Part shown: positions 13,293-25,559 of the stretch, one piece after another
Layout: each line of letters opens with the position of its first letter
Numbering within the stretch: the first letter of the stretch is position 1
Source: Octopus vulgaris
Lineage: Eukaryota
DNA length: 64,000 nucleotides
Assembly (NCBI GenBank): GCA_951406725.2
Contig: OX597815.1
Span: forward strand, 127,720,001-127,784,000
Reading direction: 5' to 3'
Program-made: the position numbers and the translations under genes
Notes under the pieces: model-generated
The model's database searches: none
What the model saw: the letters and a program-made list of their open reading frames with translations, nothing else
Told to the model about the DNA's origin: nothing

Positions 13293-14130
13293 AGTACCTT
13301 GAGAGAAATGTCGTACCTAAGAAGCATCAGTTGTGGTGTGCAAGAGAGACGATTGCGCTGGTATGGTCATGTGGCAAGAATGGATGAAGATAGGTGTGTG
13401 AGAAAGTGCCAATCCCTAGCAGTTGAGGGAACCCATGGAAGAGGTAGACCCAGGAAAACCTGGGACGAGGTGGTGAAGCACGACCTTCGGACGTTAGGTC
13501 TCACCATGGAAATGACTAGAGACCGAGACCTATGGAAGTATGCTGTGCGTGAGAAGACCTGGCAAGACTAGTGAAGCCATAACCCGTGGCCCCTACCTGG
13601 GACGTAGTCAGTCCACCTGTGCATACCTTCCTTCTTGTGACACTTGTGAAGACCTGTTGAGGCAAGTGAAAATCAAATCAAATCAAATCAAATCAAACCA
13701 AATCAAAATAGATGAACATCAATGGAACTTGTATCCTTGTGGTACCAGTGCCGGTGGCACATAAGAAAACCATCCGAACGTGACCGTAGCCAGTACCGCA
13801 TCGACTGGCCTCCGTGCTGAGGGCACGTAACAAACACCATCTGAGCGTGGCCGTTCGCCAGCCTCGTCTGGCACCTGTGTTGGTCACACATAAGAAAACA
13901 CCATCCGAGCATGGCCGTCTGCCAGCCTCATCTGGCACCTGTGTCGGTGGCACATGAAATCACCCACTACACTCTCGGAGTGGTTGGCGTTAGGAAGGGC
14001 ATCCAGCTGTAGAAACACTGCCAGATCTGATTGGCCTGGTGCAACCTTCGGGCTTGCCAGACCCCAGTTGAACCGTCCAACCCATGCTAGCATGGAAAGC
14101 GGACGTTAGACGATGATGATGATGATGATG
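13293..14130 (+). mobile_element. RTE LINE 3' fragment (family R)
   Basis: RRLRWYGHVARMDED...RGRPRKTWDEVVKHDL, (aaatc)n, a 4-unit array and a (gat)n tail. Confidence 0.88.
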
Positions 14131-14239
14131 ATATATATATATATATATATAATAATAATAAATATTAGGGAATAAATCCAAATTTACAAGGAAAAATCAG
14201 ATTTAAGATTAAATCCAATTTAATAGTAAAATATTATAT

Positions 14240-14388
14240 TATATCAAATTAGAGACAAAACCACTATTATGCAAATCAAACACAGAAAGACTTAAGCCAA
14301 TACATAAAATAATTTATATAAATTATTTTATGTATTGGCTTAAGTCTTTCTTTGTTTGATTTGCATAATAGTGGTTTTGTCTCTAATT

Positions 14389-14395
<7 letters not shown>
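14240..14395. repeat. 156-bp spacerless palindrome between (TA)n tracts
   Basis: 78-bp arms centred at 14317/14318, with one mismatch seen by eye. Confidence 0.92.
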
Positions 14396-14477
<82 letters not shown>

Positions 14478-15145
14478 AAGTATATCTTGTGTGTACAGTT
14501 AGGTGTACTACTACAAATGTTGAGTTTAGAACTCCACAAGTCTGCTTCCAATATAGTGATTTGGTTACTGTTGTACTTAGTAGTATTACTACTAGTTATG
14601 ATGTACAGAGCAAATGTAAGAGAAATTATGGTAAACAGAGTTTATATCATTTGTTCCCTATATACATTTCACTGTTGTGATTGTTGGGAACCTCTGCATT
14701 GCATGTGCCAAGTGCAATTGGATGCTGAACAGTAACAGATCACCAAGAAGATTTCATTGCATTATGTTACTGAAATCAAATCTCTGAAGTTGGACGCATG
14801 AAGTCACTTCCTCTAATTTCCAGTACCTTGCTTCCAGTCCTGATGTCTCCTTCACTCCTCCACAGAATTAAAGAAAGGGAGGGAGCAAGTGAAAGAGAAT
14901 GCATGTGAAAGAGTCTATAAATATTCTGGAATCAGGAACTTGCATCTTGACCCCAGATAAAGAATCAAATATGAATCAAGTATGATACTTTCAACATTAA
15001 GAATAATTTATTTTTTTTGTCTCGTCTTATAGCCAAACCATTGAGACAGCATAAGTTCTCTGGATCCTGTGTTAAACAACCATGCTAGTACTACTGCAAT
15101 TGAAAAGCATTTCTTTCCAAGACCATCTCATGGTACTGTGTAACT

Positions 15146-17390
15146 CATAGCTTCCCAAAGTGGGCAATATTGCCCACCAGCAGACGATTTCAACTTACAG
15201 GTGGGTGATTGGGCAAATTTCTAGAAAACAGTGGGTGATTTGAGATTTTGATGGAGGATGTGAACATTTTGTGGGTAACAAAGAATTTTTAGAAATCAAG
15301 TCAGCATTTACCTATTTCTAGGCAAGCATAGAATATGGATGCACTTTTATCTATTTGACTACTCACAAGACATCCATTTGTATTAAAAAAAAGCAGACTT
15401 GTTTATCGTTCGAATATTTTTGTCGCACAGTCATTGAGATGATTGTCATATGTGCTGAAAATATCAGGGAAGTAGGCCCATGCCTTAAATTATGCTCCAC
15501 CACAATTTCTCTCCTATTTTTTGCATAATCCTATGAATTCCCACATGTAGAATACAATTTCCCAAAAATTTTATGAAAACTCCAAAAAACAAAAAAACGT
15601 TACAAGGGTTTATATACTGTGTGTAATTCTACAGTTTCATATCAAAATACAAGTTCATTTTGTCAGGATGTTGACAAAATGTGTAGTCATACACAAAATT
15701 ACAGCTTTGAAATCGTGTTTCTTGACTGGATGAAAATGATCAAACTTTAAACCTCTATAACTTTTTTTGCAACTGAGCACTTCTTTCAAAAAGTAAACAC
15801 AAACACTCAACATGCTACTCCAGAAAACTAGTAAACAGGAGAATGATGGGTTGATTGCATCATACAACATTGCATTACTTGTTGTTAAATCTGGAAGTCT
15901 CACACAATTGGAGAAACATTACTTTGCCTGGTTATCAAAGAGATTTTGTCAACCATTATGGATGAAAAACCTGATAACATTATGATGAAGATTCCACTTA
16001 GTAATAACACAATTTCTCGACACATTGATAAAATGGCCAACAATGTCAAACATCAGCTCGTTAATATTCTCCAGCATTCTGAACTTTCTATACAAGTGGA
16101 TGAGTCAACTGTTGTGGACAATCAATGTTTGATGATGGTATATGTCCAGTATTTCAGTGAAGACCTTCAACCTTGTGAGGAAATGCTGTTCACAGAGAAA
16201 CTGCCACTTGATTCAAAAGGTGTAACTATTATTCACATTCTCAAGTTTTTCTTTTTTAATATAGTATCCCACTCAGTAATATTCTTGCCTGTCTGACAGA
16301 GTCCTTTCGATGGTAGGAAGATACAGAGGTTTTACATCTCTCTTTAAGCATGAAATTTCCCACAAGGTATTAACTGTTCTTTGCTTGGCACACCAGTAGC
16401 ATTTAGTCGCAAAAAATATGAACAATAGATTTAATGATGCACTACAGTTAGTTATCAAGACTGTGAACAAATTGAAATCCAGTCCCTTGTCTGATTGAAT
16501 TTTCCGTCAACTCTGTCTAAGAAATGATGAGGAATGCACGAAACTCTTATACCATACCAAAGTGCAGTAGCTGTCAAAAGAAACAGTTTTAAGTTTTGTT
16601 GAACTGTTTCATATAATCATCTCTTTCTTTCAAGATACTCTATTATCCACTTCATTGATGGTTGCAAGATGCAATTTATTTTTGTGATAGAGTCATGAAA
16701 CTAAATGATTTGAATAAGTTATTGCAGGGAAACAGAAAAACTCTCGTTGATTGTAAATCATTTATCACTAACTTCATTTTGAAATTAGTGCTGTATTTCC
16801 ACAACTTGATTCTTTGAAAGATGAATTGGTTGATGAGGATTTAACTACATATTGCAAATATTTACAGTCATTGCATTATGGCACGGTGGAGCAATTTCAA
16901 GATGTTATTGTGCTGAATATTCCAAGTTGGTATAGCAATCCATTTGGGGTTGATGCAGTTGATTGTGAGGATGATGATCAGGAGGAATTGATAGAATTAC
17001 AAAATGAAAATGATGCCACAATGTGATATTGCCGTAATGGCAAAGAAGGTTTGTGGTAGCATCAAAGTATATTTAATTCCTACCCCAATCTGTGGAAACA
17101 TCTGAAATTACTTTTGCTAGCCTCTCCTAACTCATACCTAGAACAGTCTGGTTTTAGCCATGTTGGAACTTTACTTGGATGTAACACAACAAGACGACTT
17201 GCAGCTTGAGTTGACAAGTTTAAAATCAAATGTATCTGCACTAGCTGCATCGCACCAGACACAAGGTCCTCATTAAAAAGTTGTATTCTTTTCCTTTATA
17301 ATACAATCACTAATTATTTTTACATGGCAGTTCTGATCAATGGTTCATTTGAGGAAAATAAAAATCAGTGTAAAAGAAAGCACAAGTTTA
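15146..17390 (+). mobile_element. Decayed hAT (Buster/ZBED8-like) DNA transposon
   Basis: Fragments IPLSNNTISRHI, SIQVDEST, EEMLF and NPF...QEELIELQ. A Buster-like left end catagcttcccaaagtggg is at 15146; the right end was not identified. Confidence 0.75.
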
Positions 17391-17438
17391 CTGAAGTTTA
17401 AGGGGTTTGTGATTTGTCCACCTTCCAACTTATTAGGA

Positions 17439-17914
17439 TGTAGTGACGTCATATTCCAGTGCGCGCACACGCAACGTCATTCTTCAGGTGCGTGTGCGGA
17501 ACGTCCTTCTTCAGTGCGCATGTGCGGGGTTGGAACCTTCTAGAACCTTCTGGAAAGGCATAGGGAAGTTCCCTCATGCGCATGCGCTAGAGACTGAAGG
17601 GGACAGTCACTAGGGCGTTTTCCTTAATAGCGCCGAGACGACCTGCTCTGTTGCTGTTGAATACCTGTTCTATTGCTGCTGAATTGTTGTAACAAGCTTA
17701 CAAACGTTAAAATTCAGCTTTGCTATTTCTCACCTAGTGGATACCAAGATACCAACGAATTTCTGTTGTAAATAAGAAAATAAAGAGATATATATATATT
17801 TTTAAGGTTGTGTTCTTGTTCATGACTGGAAGTTTCTGGAATCTAAAGAAAGGAAATTGTGTTGCACCCAAGTTGCACCCCAAAAGTGTAAAGAAACAAC
17901 CAGTTCCCTTTACA
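17439..17914 (+). repeat. 5' LTR (476 bp)
   Basis: Direct repeat of 22593-23067; by eye 3 substitutions plus a length change in the (AT)nTn tract. AATAAA at 17779. Confidence 0.96.
17532..17556. promoter_or_regulatory. Perfect five-unit heat-shock element in the LTR (second copy at 22686-22710)
   Basis: gGAAc cTTCt aGAAc cTTCt gGAAa is five alternating nGAAn pentamers; function untested. Confidence 0.75.
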
Positions 17915-17915
17915 G

Positions 17916-17933
17916 TGGTGACCCCGAAGTGAT
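17916..17933 (+). other. Primer binding site for tRNA-Trp
   Basis: TGGTGACCCCGAAGTGAT, a 17/18 match to the tRNA-Trp PBS TGGTGACCCCGACGTGAT, one base after the LTR. Confidence 0.9.
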
Positions 17934-18413
17934 GGTCATAGACCATAGAACATTTAACTGAGATCTAGAATCTACCTAGTCTGAACTAATCAACCCGCCG
18001 CAGTCATCATCTTTCAGCAATTTGTCTCCTGTCGTCTCAAGCAGTTTCAGCCATTTCATAATCGATGAAAAAAGTTTGACTTAAGCTGTTAGTGCGATCC
18101 GTGCACCAAGCATAACAGGCAGTCAAACTTAAGAAGAGACAGTTTAAAATACATAACATTAAAAAAAAAAATTTTTTCATGATAGCACACACGCACAAAA
18201 AAAATTTTTTGTTTTTAGACGCGACGAAGGAATTTCTTATTCTATGTGCATACAGTACAAAAAAAAACAAAGAAAAAAAACACATTTTTTTTTTGGTAAA
18301 TTGTACATGTAAAAAATTATTGGTTCAATTGCTGGTCTTGGTTTTCCTTTTGCGTCAGTTCAACTTTTCGTTGTTATTTCCCTTTCATCTAGTAAAATTA
18401 AAAAAACTACAAC

Positions 18414-19141
18414 ATGTCTGTGGCATCATTACCTATTTTCACGGGTGATGCCGCACTTTGGTTTGCACAATTAGAGGCATATTTTTGTGCACATAGTGTT
18501 TCTTCTGAGCAGCAGTTGCAAATTCTTTATAGTTGTATGCCTCCTCAACTTGCAACTACTGCCAGAGATCTTATTACGAATCCTTCTCCAGATGCCACTA
18601 ATGCGTCTGTTAAATTAGAAGTGGAGAAACGAAATACTAGAAGCGAGGAAAGTCGCTTCAATGAATTGATGGCGGATGAGGAGTTGGGAGATAGGACTCC
18701 GTCTGAATTTTTGAGACGCCTAAGAGAGTCGAGCGGTAAAGCTGCAGACGCTCCTCTTCTTCGGAAAATTTCTTTTCAAGGTTGCCCGCCTATATACAAA
18801 CTGTTTTGGCAACCGCTTTAGAGTCTAATACCGTGGACCAGATAGCAACTATGGCAGATAAAATGGTTGAATTTACCGTGCAACCACCGTCACGGTCTGC
18901 TTGTGTCTGCTCACAAACTTCTTCAGCCTCAATTGAGGGACTTTCTAAACAAATAGAAAGTCTCACCAAAAGGATGGACGCGATGTGTCGCGATGGCAAG
19001 CGATTTTCAAGATCGCGGAGTGGCAGCCGTTCATCATCACGTACCTCACAGACAAAGTCCAGACTGTGTTGGTATCACTCCAAATTTGGAGAGAAAGCAC
19101 ATAAGTGCATACAGCTATGCAACTATAAAGATTTAAATTAG
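18414..19141 (+). pseudogene. gag: Gypsy gag, broken by a frameshift near 18770
   Basis: LWFAQLEAYF, LGDRTPSEFLRRL, an RSRS tract and CWYHSKFGEKAHKCIQLC (C-x2-H-x9-C-x3-C). A T TTA AAT slippery heptamer at 19132-19138 leads -1 into the pol frame. Confidence 0.9.
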
Positions 19142-22100
19142 CTTTGGAGGAGTTGAGCACGTCAACTTCCTCCACATCATTTTCTAGTTATCGTGCATTT
19201 TTCGTTAAGGATCTAGTGTAGAAGAAATACTTCATGGTGGACACTGGTTCTTGTTGCAGCATTTGGCCTCTGCATCTCACAACTGACAGGCCAAAACGAT
19301 CTAATGTTACCTTGCACGCTATTGACACGTCACTAATAGCCACAATCGGTCAGATCTCTTTACGCCTTGACATAAATCTTCGTCGAGATTTTCAGTGGGT
19401 TTTTGTCATTACTGACATTCTGCATCCTATTTTAGGTGCGGATTTTCTAAATAACTTTGATTTATTGGTAGATGTCAGACGTCGGAGGCTAGTCGACAGT
19501 TCAACTACACTCTCCACGCCGACCAGAGAATCTACCGATTCAGCTCTGAGCCCGACATTTTTTGTTTCTACATCTGGAGATGTTTTTCCTTCTCTTTTGG
19601 CATCTTTTCCAGAGCTACTTGATGTTACCTTTAAAATGGAAAAGCCGATACACACGACGTTCCATTTTATTACAACAACTGGGCCGCCTGTTTTTTCGCG
19701 CCCACGGCGTCTTGCACCTGACCGTCTTAAAACGGCTAGGGCTGAGTTTGAGCATATGCTCCAGCTTGGTCTAATACGCCCATCCACCAGTCCATGGGCA
19801 TCACCCCTTCATTTAGTTCGAAAAGGGGATACAGATTTTCGCCCGGTGAGAGATTATCGACGTCTAAATTCTGTGACAATTCCGGACAGATATCCAATTA
19901 GGAATCTCAATGACTTTTCTGCGAATCTTCATGGCTGCACCATTTTTTCTAAGGTTGACCTCATACGTGCTTATCATCAAATACCGGTCAACCCAGACGA
20001 TGTTCCTAAAACGGCAATTACCACTCCTTTTGGTTGTTTCGAATTTCTGTACATGAGTTTCGGTTTGCGGAACGCCACTAGTATGTTCCAACGTTTTATA
20101 GATGAAGTTGTTCGTGGACTTGATTTTGTTTTCGCGTGTGTCGATGATATTCTCATCGCAAGTGATACGCATGAAAATCATCTCCAGCACTTGTCTCAGC
20201 TTTTTCAGCGTCTTCGCGACTATGGTGTTCGCATTAATCCAGACAAGTGTGTTTTTGGGCAATCATCTCTTGATTTTCTCGGTCATTATATTGATTCGAG
20301 TGGAATCAAACCACTCTCGTCTAAAGTCGATGCAATTCAGCGCATCGCACCACCTTCTTCTTTGCGTCAACTTCGCCATTTTTGGGGTATAGTTAATTTC
20401 TATCGACGCTTCATAAACCGGTGTGCGGACAAGTTGTTTCCTTTAACGCAGATGCTAAAGGGCAATTCTAAGAAGGATGCCCGTCTTACTCTTTCAGCAG
20501 AAGCACTGTCAGCGTTTGAGTTAGTTAAAAAGGAACTAGCTTCAGTTCCTGTTTTAGCACATCCGGCTCCTGATGCTCCACTTACTTTATCTGTGGACGC
20601 ATCAGATTCTGCAGTTGGCGCTGTCTTGCAGCACACCGTAGATGGTGAAACTAAACCTTTGGCTTTCTTTTCTTGCCAGCTAAAGCCTGCTGAACACAGA
20701 TATAGTACTTTTGATCGAGAGTTACTAGCGATCTATCTGTCAGTTCGGCATTTTCAGCACCAGCTCAAGGGACGAGAGTTTGTGATTTATACTAATCACA
20801 AACCCCTTAGTTTTGCACTATCTTCTAAAACGGATAAACTCTCCCCTCGTGCTTTCCGTCACCTGGACTATATTTCTCAGTTTACAAGTGACATTCGACA
20901 TGTGCCAGGGACGGAGAACGTCCCAGCTGATGCTCTTTCTAGACTCCCTGTCAATTCCATTTCCTCTCCAGCAACGATTGACTTAACTGCTATTTCGCAG
21001 GATCAACCACCTTTAGCGGAGTTGGATTTAACTTCGCCCAAGTTTATCAATTGTAAGTTTGCCTACCGACCGCTTCCTTCAGCAGAAGGCTCTATTCTTT
21101 GTGACGTCTCCACCGGTTCTCCTAGACCGTTAGTATCTGAGAAACATCAACGTTCAGTTTGTGATGCTCTTCATTCATTGTCACATCCGGGTATCTCTGC
21201 CACAGTAAAGCTTGTTACTGCTCGGTTCTTCTGGCCCAATATGCGACGATCGATTACCTCTTGGGGCACGCTCTTGTTTGAAGTGCCAGAGTGCTAAAGT
21301 CCATAGACACGTTCGTGCTCCACTTGGACAGTTTTCTTCTCCTGAGGCCCGTTTTCGCCATGTCCACCTTGATTTGGTTGGACCATGGCCTGTGAGTCGC
21401 GGGTTCTCATATATTTTAACTTGTATCGATCGTTTCTCACGTTGGCCAGAAGCTATTCCTATAGCAGACATTTCTGCTGAAACTGTTGCGAAAGCTTTCG
21501 TGTCTAATTGGATTTCTAGGTATGGTGTACCGTCCAGTTTAACAACAGATCGTGGTCGACAATTCGAAGCGGTTTTATTTCATGAGTTATCACGAATCCT
21601 AGGGATACATCATATACGCACCACTAGTTACCATCCCGCTTCTAATGGGATGGTGGAGCGTTTCCACAGGCAACTTAAGGCCGCGTTGCGTGCCTCGCTG
21701 AATCCACAGTCGTGGACTGAATTTCTTCCTATCGTCCTGCTTGGATGTCGGACTGCGATTAAAGCAGACCTTGGTTTTTCTGCTGCCGAGCTCTTGTATG
21801 GTACCACACTGGCATTGCCTGGTACGATGTTGGTGCCAGATAAGGCACAGTCTCTTAATTTAGAGTCTTATGTTGCTCGACTACGCAGATATCTGCACTT
21901 CCTCCTATGGGCCCTCGACACCAAAATCATCCTTCTAATGTGCCATCAGATCTTGATTCTTGGACGCATGTCTTTGTTTGTGATGATTCTGTCAAAGAAC
22001 CTCTTGTTTCTCCTTATAAAGGACCATTTCGTGTGATTTCCCGCACGCCGAAAGTATTCAAACTTGACATTAACGGTCGTTCGGAGACCATCTCCGTAGA

Positions 22101-22371
22101 TCGTCTTAAAAGGGCATATTTTGAGGTGTCCACATCTTTTGATGACCCCACTGCCACAACCATCGTTGAACCTTCACATGCGCCTTTGACAACACCACCA
22201 TTCACACATGCACATTTGACAACACCACCATTTAGACATGCACCTTTGACAACACCAACATCGGCAACACTACCTTCGTCGTCGCAGCCTGCCTCGAACA
22301 AACCTTATGTTACGAGGTCAGGCAGAACTGTTCACTGGCCAAAGAAACTTTCAAAGACGATTTATATTTAA
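19138..22371 (+). pseudogene. pol: Gypsy pol (protease, RT, RNase H, integrase) with disabling lesions
   Basis: VDTGS, SPWASPLHLV, AYHQIPV, CVDD (YxDD altered), DAS/RELLA, HPG zinc domain, [29 protein letters not shown]. Stop codon at 19219 and frameshifts near 21265 and 21890. Confidence 0.95.
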
Positions 22372-22592
22372 CATTCTCAATTGACTTCCCAGTGACAGTT
22401 CCGATACTAATTGAACTTTATTCATTTGAGTATTTTTTCTTTTCCGTTGCTGCATGCTTGTTTATATTATGGATTTTTTTTGTTTTAATTAGTCATATTG
22501 TGTGCCATTTTGGTGATTTGGTATCCACCTTATATTCTGAAGCCACTACAAGGAATTTTGTTTCGTGCTTCCGCACTCGAGGGGGGGGTCTT

Positions 22593-23067
22593 TGTAGTGA
22601 CGTCATATTCCAGTGCGCGCACACGCAACGTCATTCTTCAGGTGCGTGTGCGAAACGTCCTTCTTCAGTGCGCATGTGCGGGGTTGGAACCTTCTAGAAC
22701 CTTCTGGAAAGGCATAGGGAAGTTCCCTCATGCGCATGCGCTAGAGACTGAAGGGGACAGTCACTAGGGCGTTTTCCTTAATAGCGCCGAGACGACCTGC
22801 TCTGTTGCTGTTGAATACCTGTTCTATTGCTGCTGAATTGTTGTAACAAGCTTACAAACGTTAAAATTCAGCTTTGCTATTTCTCACCTAGTGGATACCA
22901 AGATACCAACGAATTTCTGTTGTAAATAAGAAAATAAAGAGATATATATATTTTTTAAGGTTGTGTGCTTGTTCATGACTGGAAGTTTCTGGAATCTAAA
23001 GAAAGGAAATTGTGTTGCACCCAAGTTGCACCCCAAAAGTGTAAAGAAACAACCAGTTCCCTTCACA
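22593..23067 (+). repeat. 3' LTR (475 bp)
   Basis: Follows the polypurine tract, ends in CA and is followed by the TSD AGGA. Confidence 0.96.
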
Positions 23068-23675
23068 AGGACTTTGGTTTTTGCTAGGTTGACTCTAAGG
23101 CCCTTTGATTCTAGACCTTGCTTCCACACCTGAAACTACATATCTAGTTCTGGTAGTGACTCAGCTATTAGAGCAAGATCATCAGCATAGAGGAGCTCCT
23201 AGGGGGCAGCCTGTCTCAAATTCCTGTTATTGCCTGGAGAACTATGATGACTAAGAGGGGGCTGAGGACTGATCCTTGGTGAACCCCTACATCTATGCGG
23301 AATTCTTCACAATACTCGTTGCCAACTTTCACCTTACTGACCGCATCCCTGTACAGGGCTTGTACAGCTCTTACCAACCACTCACCTATCCCTAGTTTCT
23401 GCATTGACCACCGGATAAGGGATCAACGGAGCCTGTCAAAGGCTTTCTCCAAGTCAACAAAAGTCAAGTACAGAGGTTTATTTTTGGCTACATATTTCTC
23501 CTACAGTTGCCTTACAAGAAATATAGCATCAGTGGTGCTTCTCCCTGGCACAAAACCAAACTGCATCTCATCTAGGCTAACTCTCTCCCTAATTAGTTGG
23601 GCTATGACCCTTTCCGTGACTGTCATCACCTGATACAGCAATTTAATACCCCAGTAGTTATTTCTATCTAAAGCA
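23068..23675 (-). mobile_element. RTE (family R) RT fragment interrupted by the Gypsy insertion; remainder at 17400-17438
   Basis: GVHQGSVLSPLL, LLYADDL and LRVNLAKTKVL. The sequence resumes on the far side of the 5' LTR as in the intact copy at 54981-55026. Confidence 0.9.
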
Positions 23676-24195
23676 TAATTATATATTCAAATCCCACCAT
23701 GGGAAAAATTAAACACAACTTTTTTATACAACAGAAAATGCAGATCTGATCACATTAATACAAAAGAGCCTAAATTGGCCTCATGAATAATTGTGGTTGA
23801 AAAATAAAGTGAATTTAATAAGATTATACATTTTTTATTTAGATGTATATTTTTATATGTACACAATGTTCTGATTAGGCTGCTTTCTGCTCATAATCAT
23901 TTATCGTACCACTTGATATATGCATGATACCATGCTAGATTTGATTCAAAGCCATTTTTCCTAAGCTCAGGATAGTAAAGTCCTTATCCATAGGCTATTG
24001 CTGCATGTACAGTGGTCAGTATGTACATATCCGAGAAAATGTACCTGAGATGATCAGTGATCAAACAATTAAAAACATGGTAGAGATATAAAGACTGTAT
24101 ATATGCATTTTAAAGATGATGTTAAGAGTCTATAAAATTACAGAATTATTAACAATTTGTCTTAAATATTTAAAGGGAAATTATTTCATACTTAC

Positions 24196-24351
24196 ATTTA
24201 TGGTGATCAGATTACCAACAGTTTTATCTTCAGAGACATTTACTTGATATCTTTGCTGAGAAAATTGGGGAAGAAATTCATCCACAGGCAATAATTCCAG
24301 AGTAACATTAGCTTCACTGGATTTAGATGAAGCTTTATCTTCAGCAACAAT
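24196..24351 (-). CDS. Cadherin exon 7 (IVAEDKASSKSSEANVTLELLPVDEFLPQFSQQRYQVNVSEDKTVGNLITIN)
   Basis: Acceptor ttttccag, donor gtaagt, 156 nt, phase 0/0. Confidence 0.92.
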
Positions 24352-24377
24352 CTGGAAAATTCACAAATAAATATCTT

Positions 24378-24718
24378 TTATCTCTTACTTGTTTCAGTCA
24401 TTGGACTGTGACCATGCTGGGGCACTGCCTTCAAGGGTCTGATTAAAAAAAAATTGACTACATTACATTTTTTTTAAAATCTGGTACTTATTCTATTATA
24501 GGGATATAAACAAACCAATACCAGTTGTCAAGCAGTGAGGAAGAACAAACAGACACACACACACATACAATGGGCTTCCACACAGTTTCCAGTGACCAAA
24601 TTTACTCACACTGCATTGGTCGGCCTGGGGCTATAATAGAAGACATTTGTCCAAGGTGTTGTGCAGTGGAATTGAACCTGAGACCATGTGGTTGGAAAGT
24701 GAGTTTCTTAACCACAAC
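24378..24718 (-). mobile_element. tRNA-derived SINE (family B), near full length
   Basis: Reverse complement of 26905-27325, with a tRNA-like head (ggttcaattccactg) and an internal microsatellite. Confidence 0.75.
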
Positions 24719-25559
24719 AATAACAAAGTATGTAATTCATTTTCGAAAAAATTTTAATCTCTTATCATTGTTGTCGTCATCATTGTTGCTATCAACATCC
24801 TCATTATTATCATTGTTGCTATGTTCAGCTTTGACTTCAAAAACTTCTCCTCTTCCTTCATTATCATTATAATATTGAGAAATGTAAAGCCTGAAGTAAA
24901 ATCCTATTAGTTGACTTCATCATAACTCAAGAGGTTCAAAATAATAGGCCACTGAACAAGGACATCACAAAGTATTCCATGTGCCCTTTTTATCTCTATA
25001 TTTTGATAATAATTAAATTTTAATTGCTTTCAATACTGGCTGGATAGATAAAACAATTCCTCTGAGCTCATAGCAAAACTTAGTGAAAATGCACACAAGA
25101 AAATTTGTAAGTATATTTTAACAAAATGACACTCTTCAAAAAGATCTGTTAGAAGTTTAAGAAGAAACACAACATTACAGAAATCCTGTAACCAACCCTG
25201 AATACTCATGGCTTTCACCTATATACATATGTTCCATGTGGTATTTTACAACTATTAGATTTCAAATCTAATATGCTTCAATCCTGTACCATACATATAA
25301 AGATATGATCTGTTGAATTGAACATTTGTTTCTTCATTTCTTCATTTTATGTTTGCTTTTCCAGGCTCACATGGATTCAATATTTATTGAGGAACTATTT
25401 TTACAGTCAGATGCCCTTCCTGTTGTTAAACCTTACTTGTTCTTCAAGTAAAGATATTTTAGTCCAGTTGTCTTTGAAAGTGCAGAGATATGGGACAATT
25501 TATTAGCATCAATAAATATCACTGCCATTTTTCTTTTCTTTTATTTATTCCCTCAATGT

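Larger units (their letters stand above)
17439..23067 (+). mobile_element. Full-length Ty3/Gypsy LTR retrotransposon, CsRn1/Kabuki clade
   Basis: TG...CA LTRs, 4-bp TSD AGGA (17435-17438 and 23068-23071), tRNA-Trp PBS, polypurine tract gagggggggg (22579-22588), CHCC gag and PR-RT-RH-IN order. Confidence 0.97.

Noticed and set aside
23691-23706. cccaccatgggaaaa as the right TIR of the hAT element
   Set aside because: Weak match to the left end and no 8-bp TSD found.
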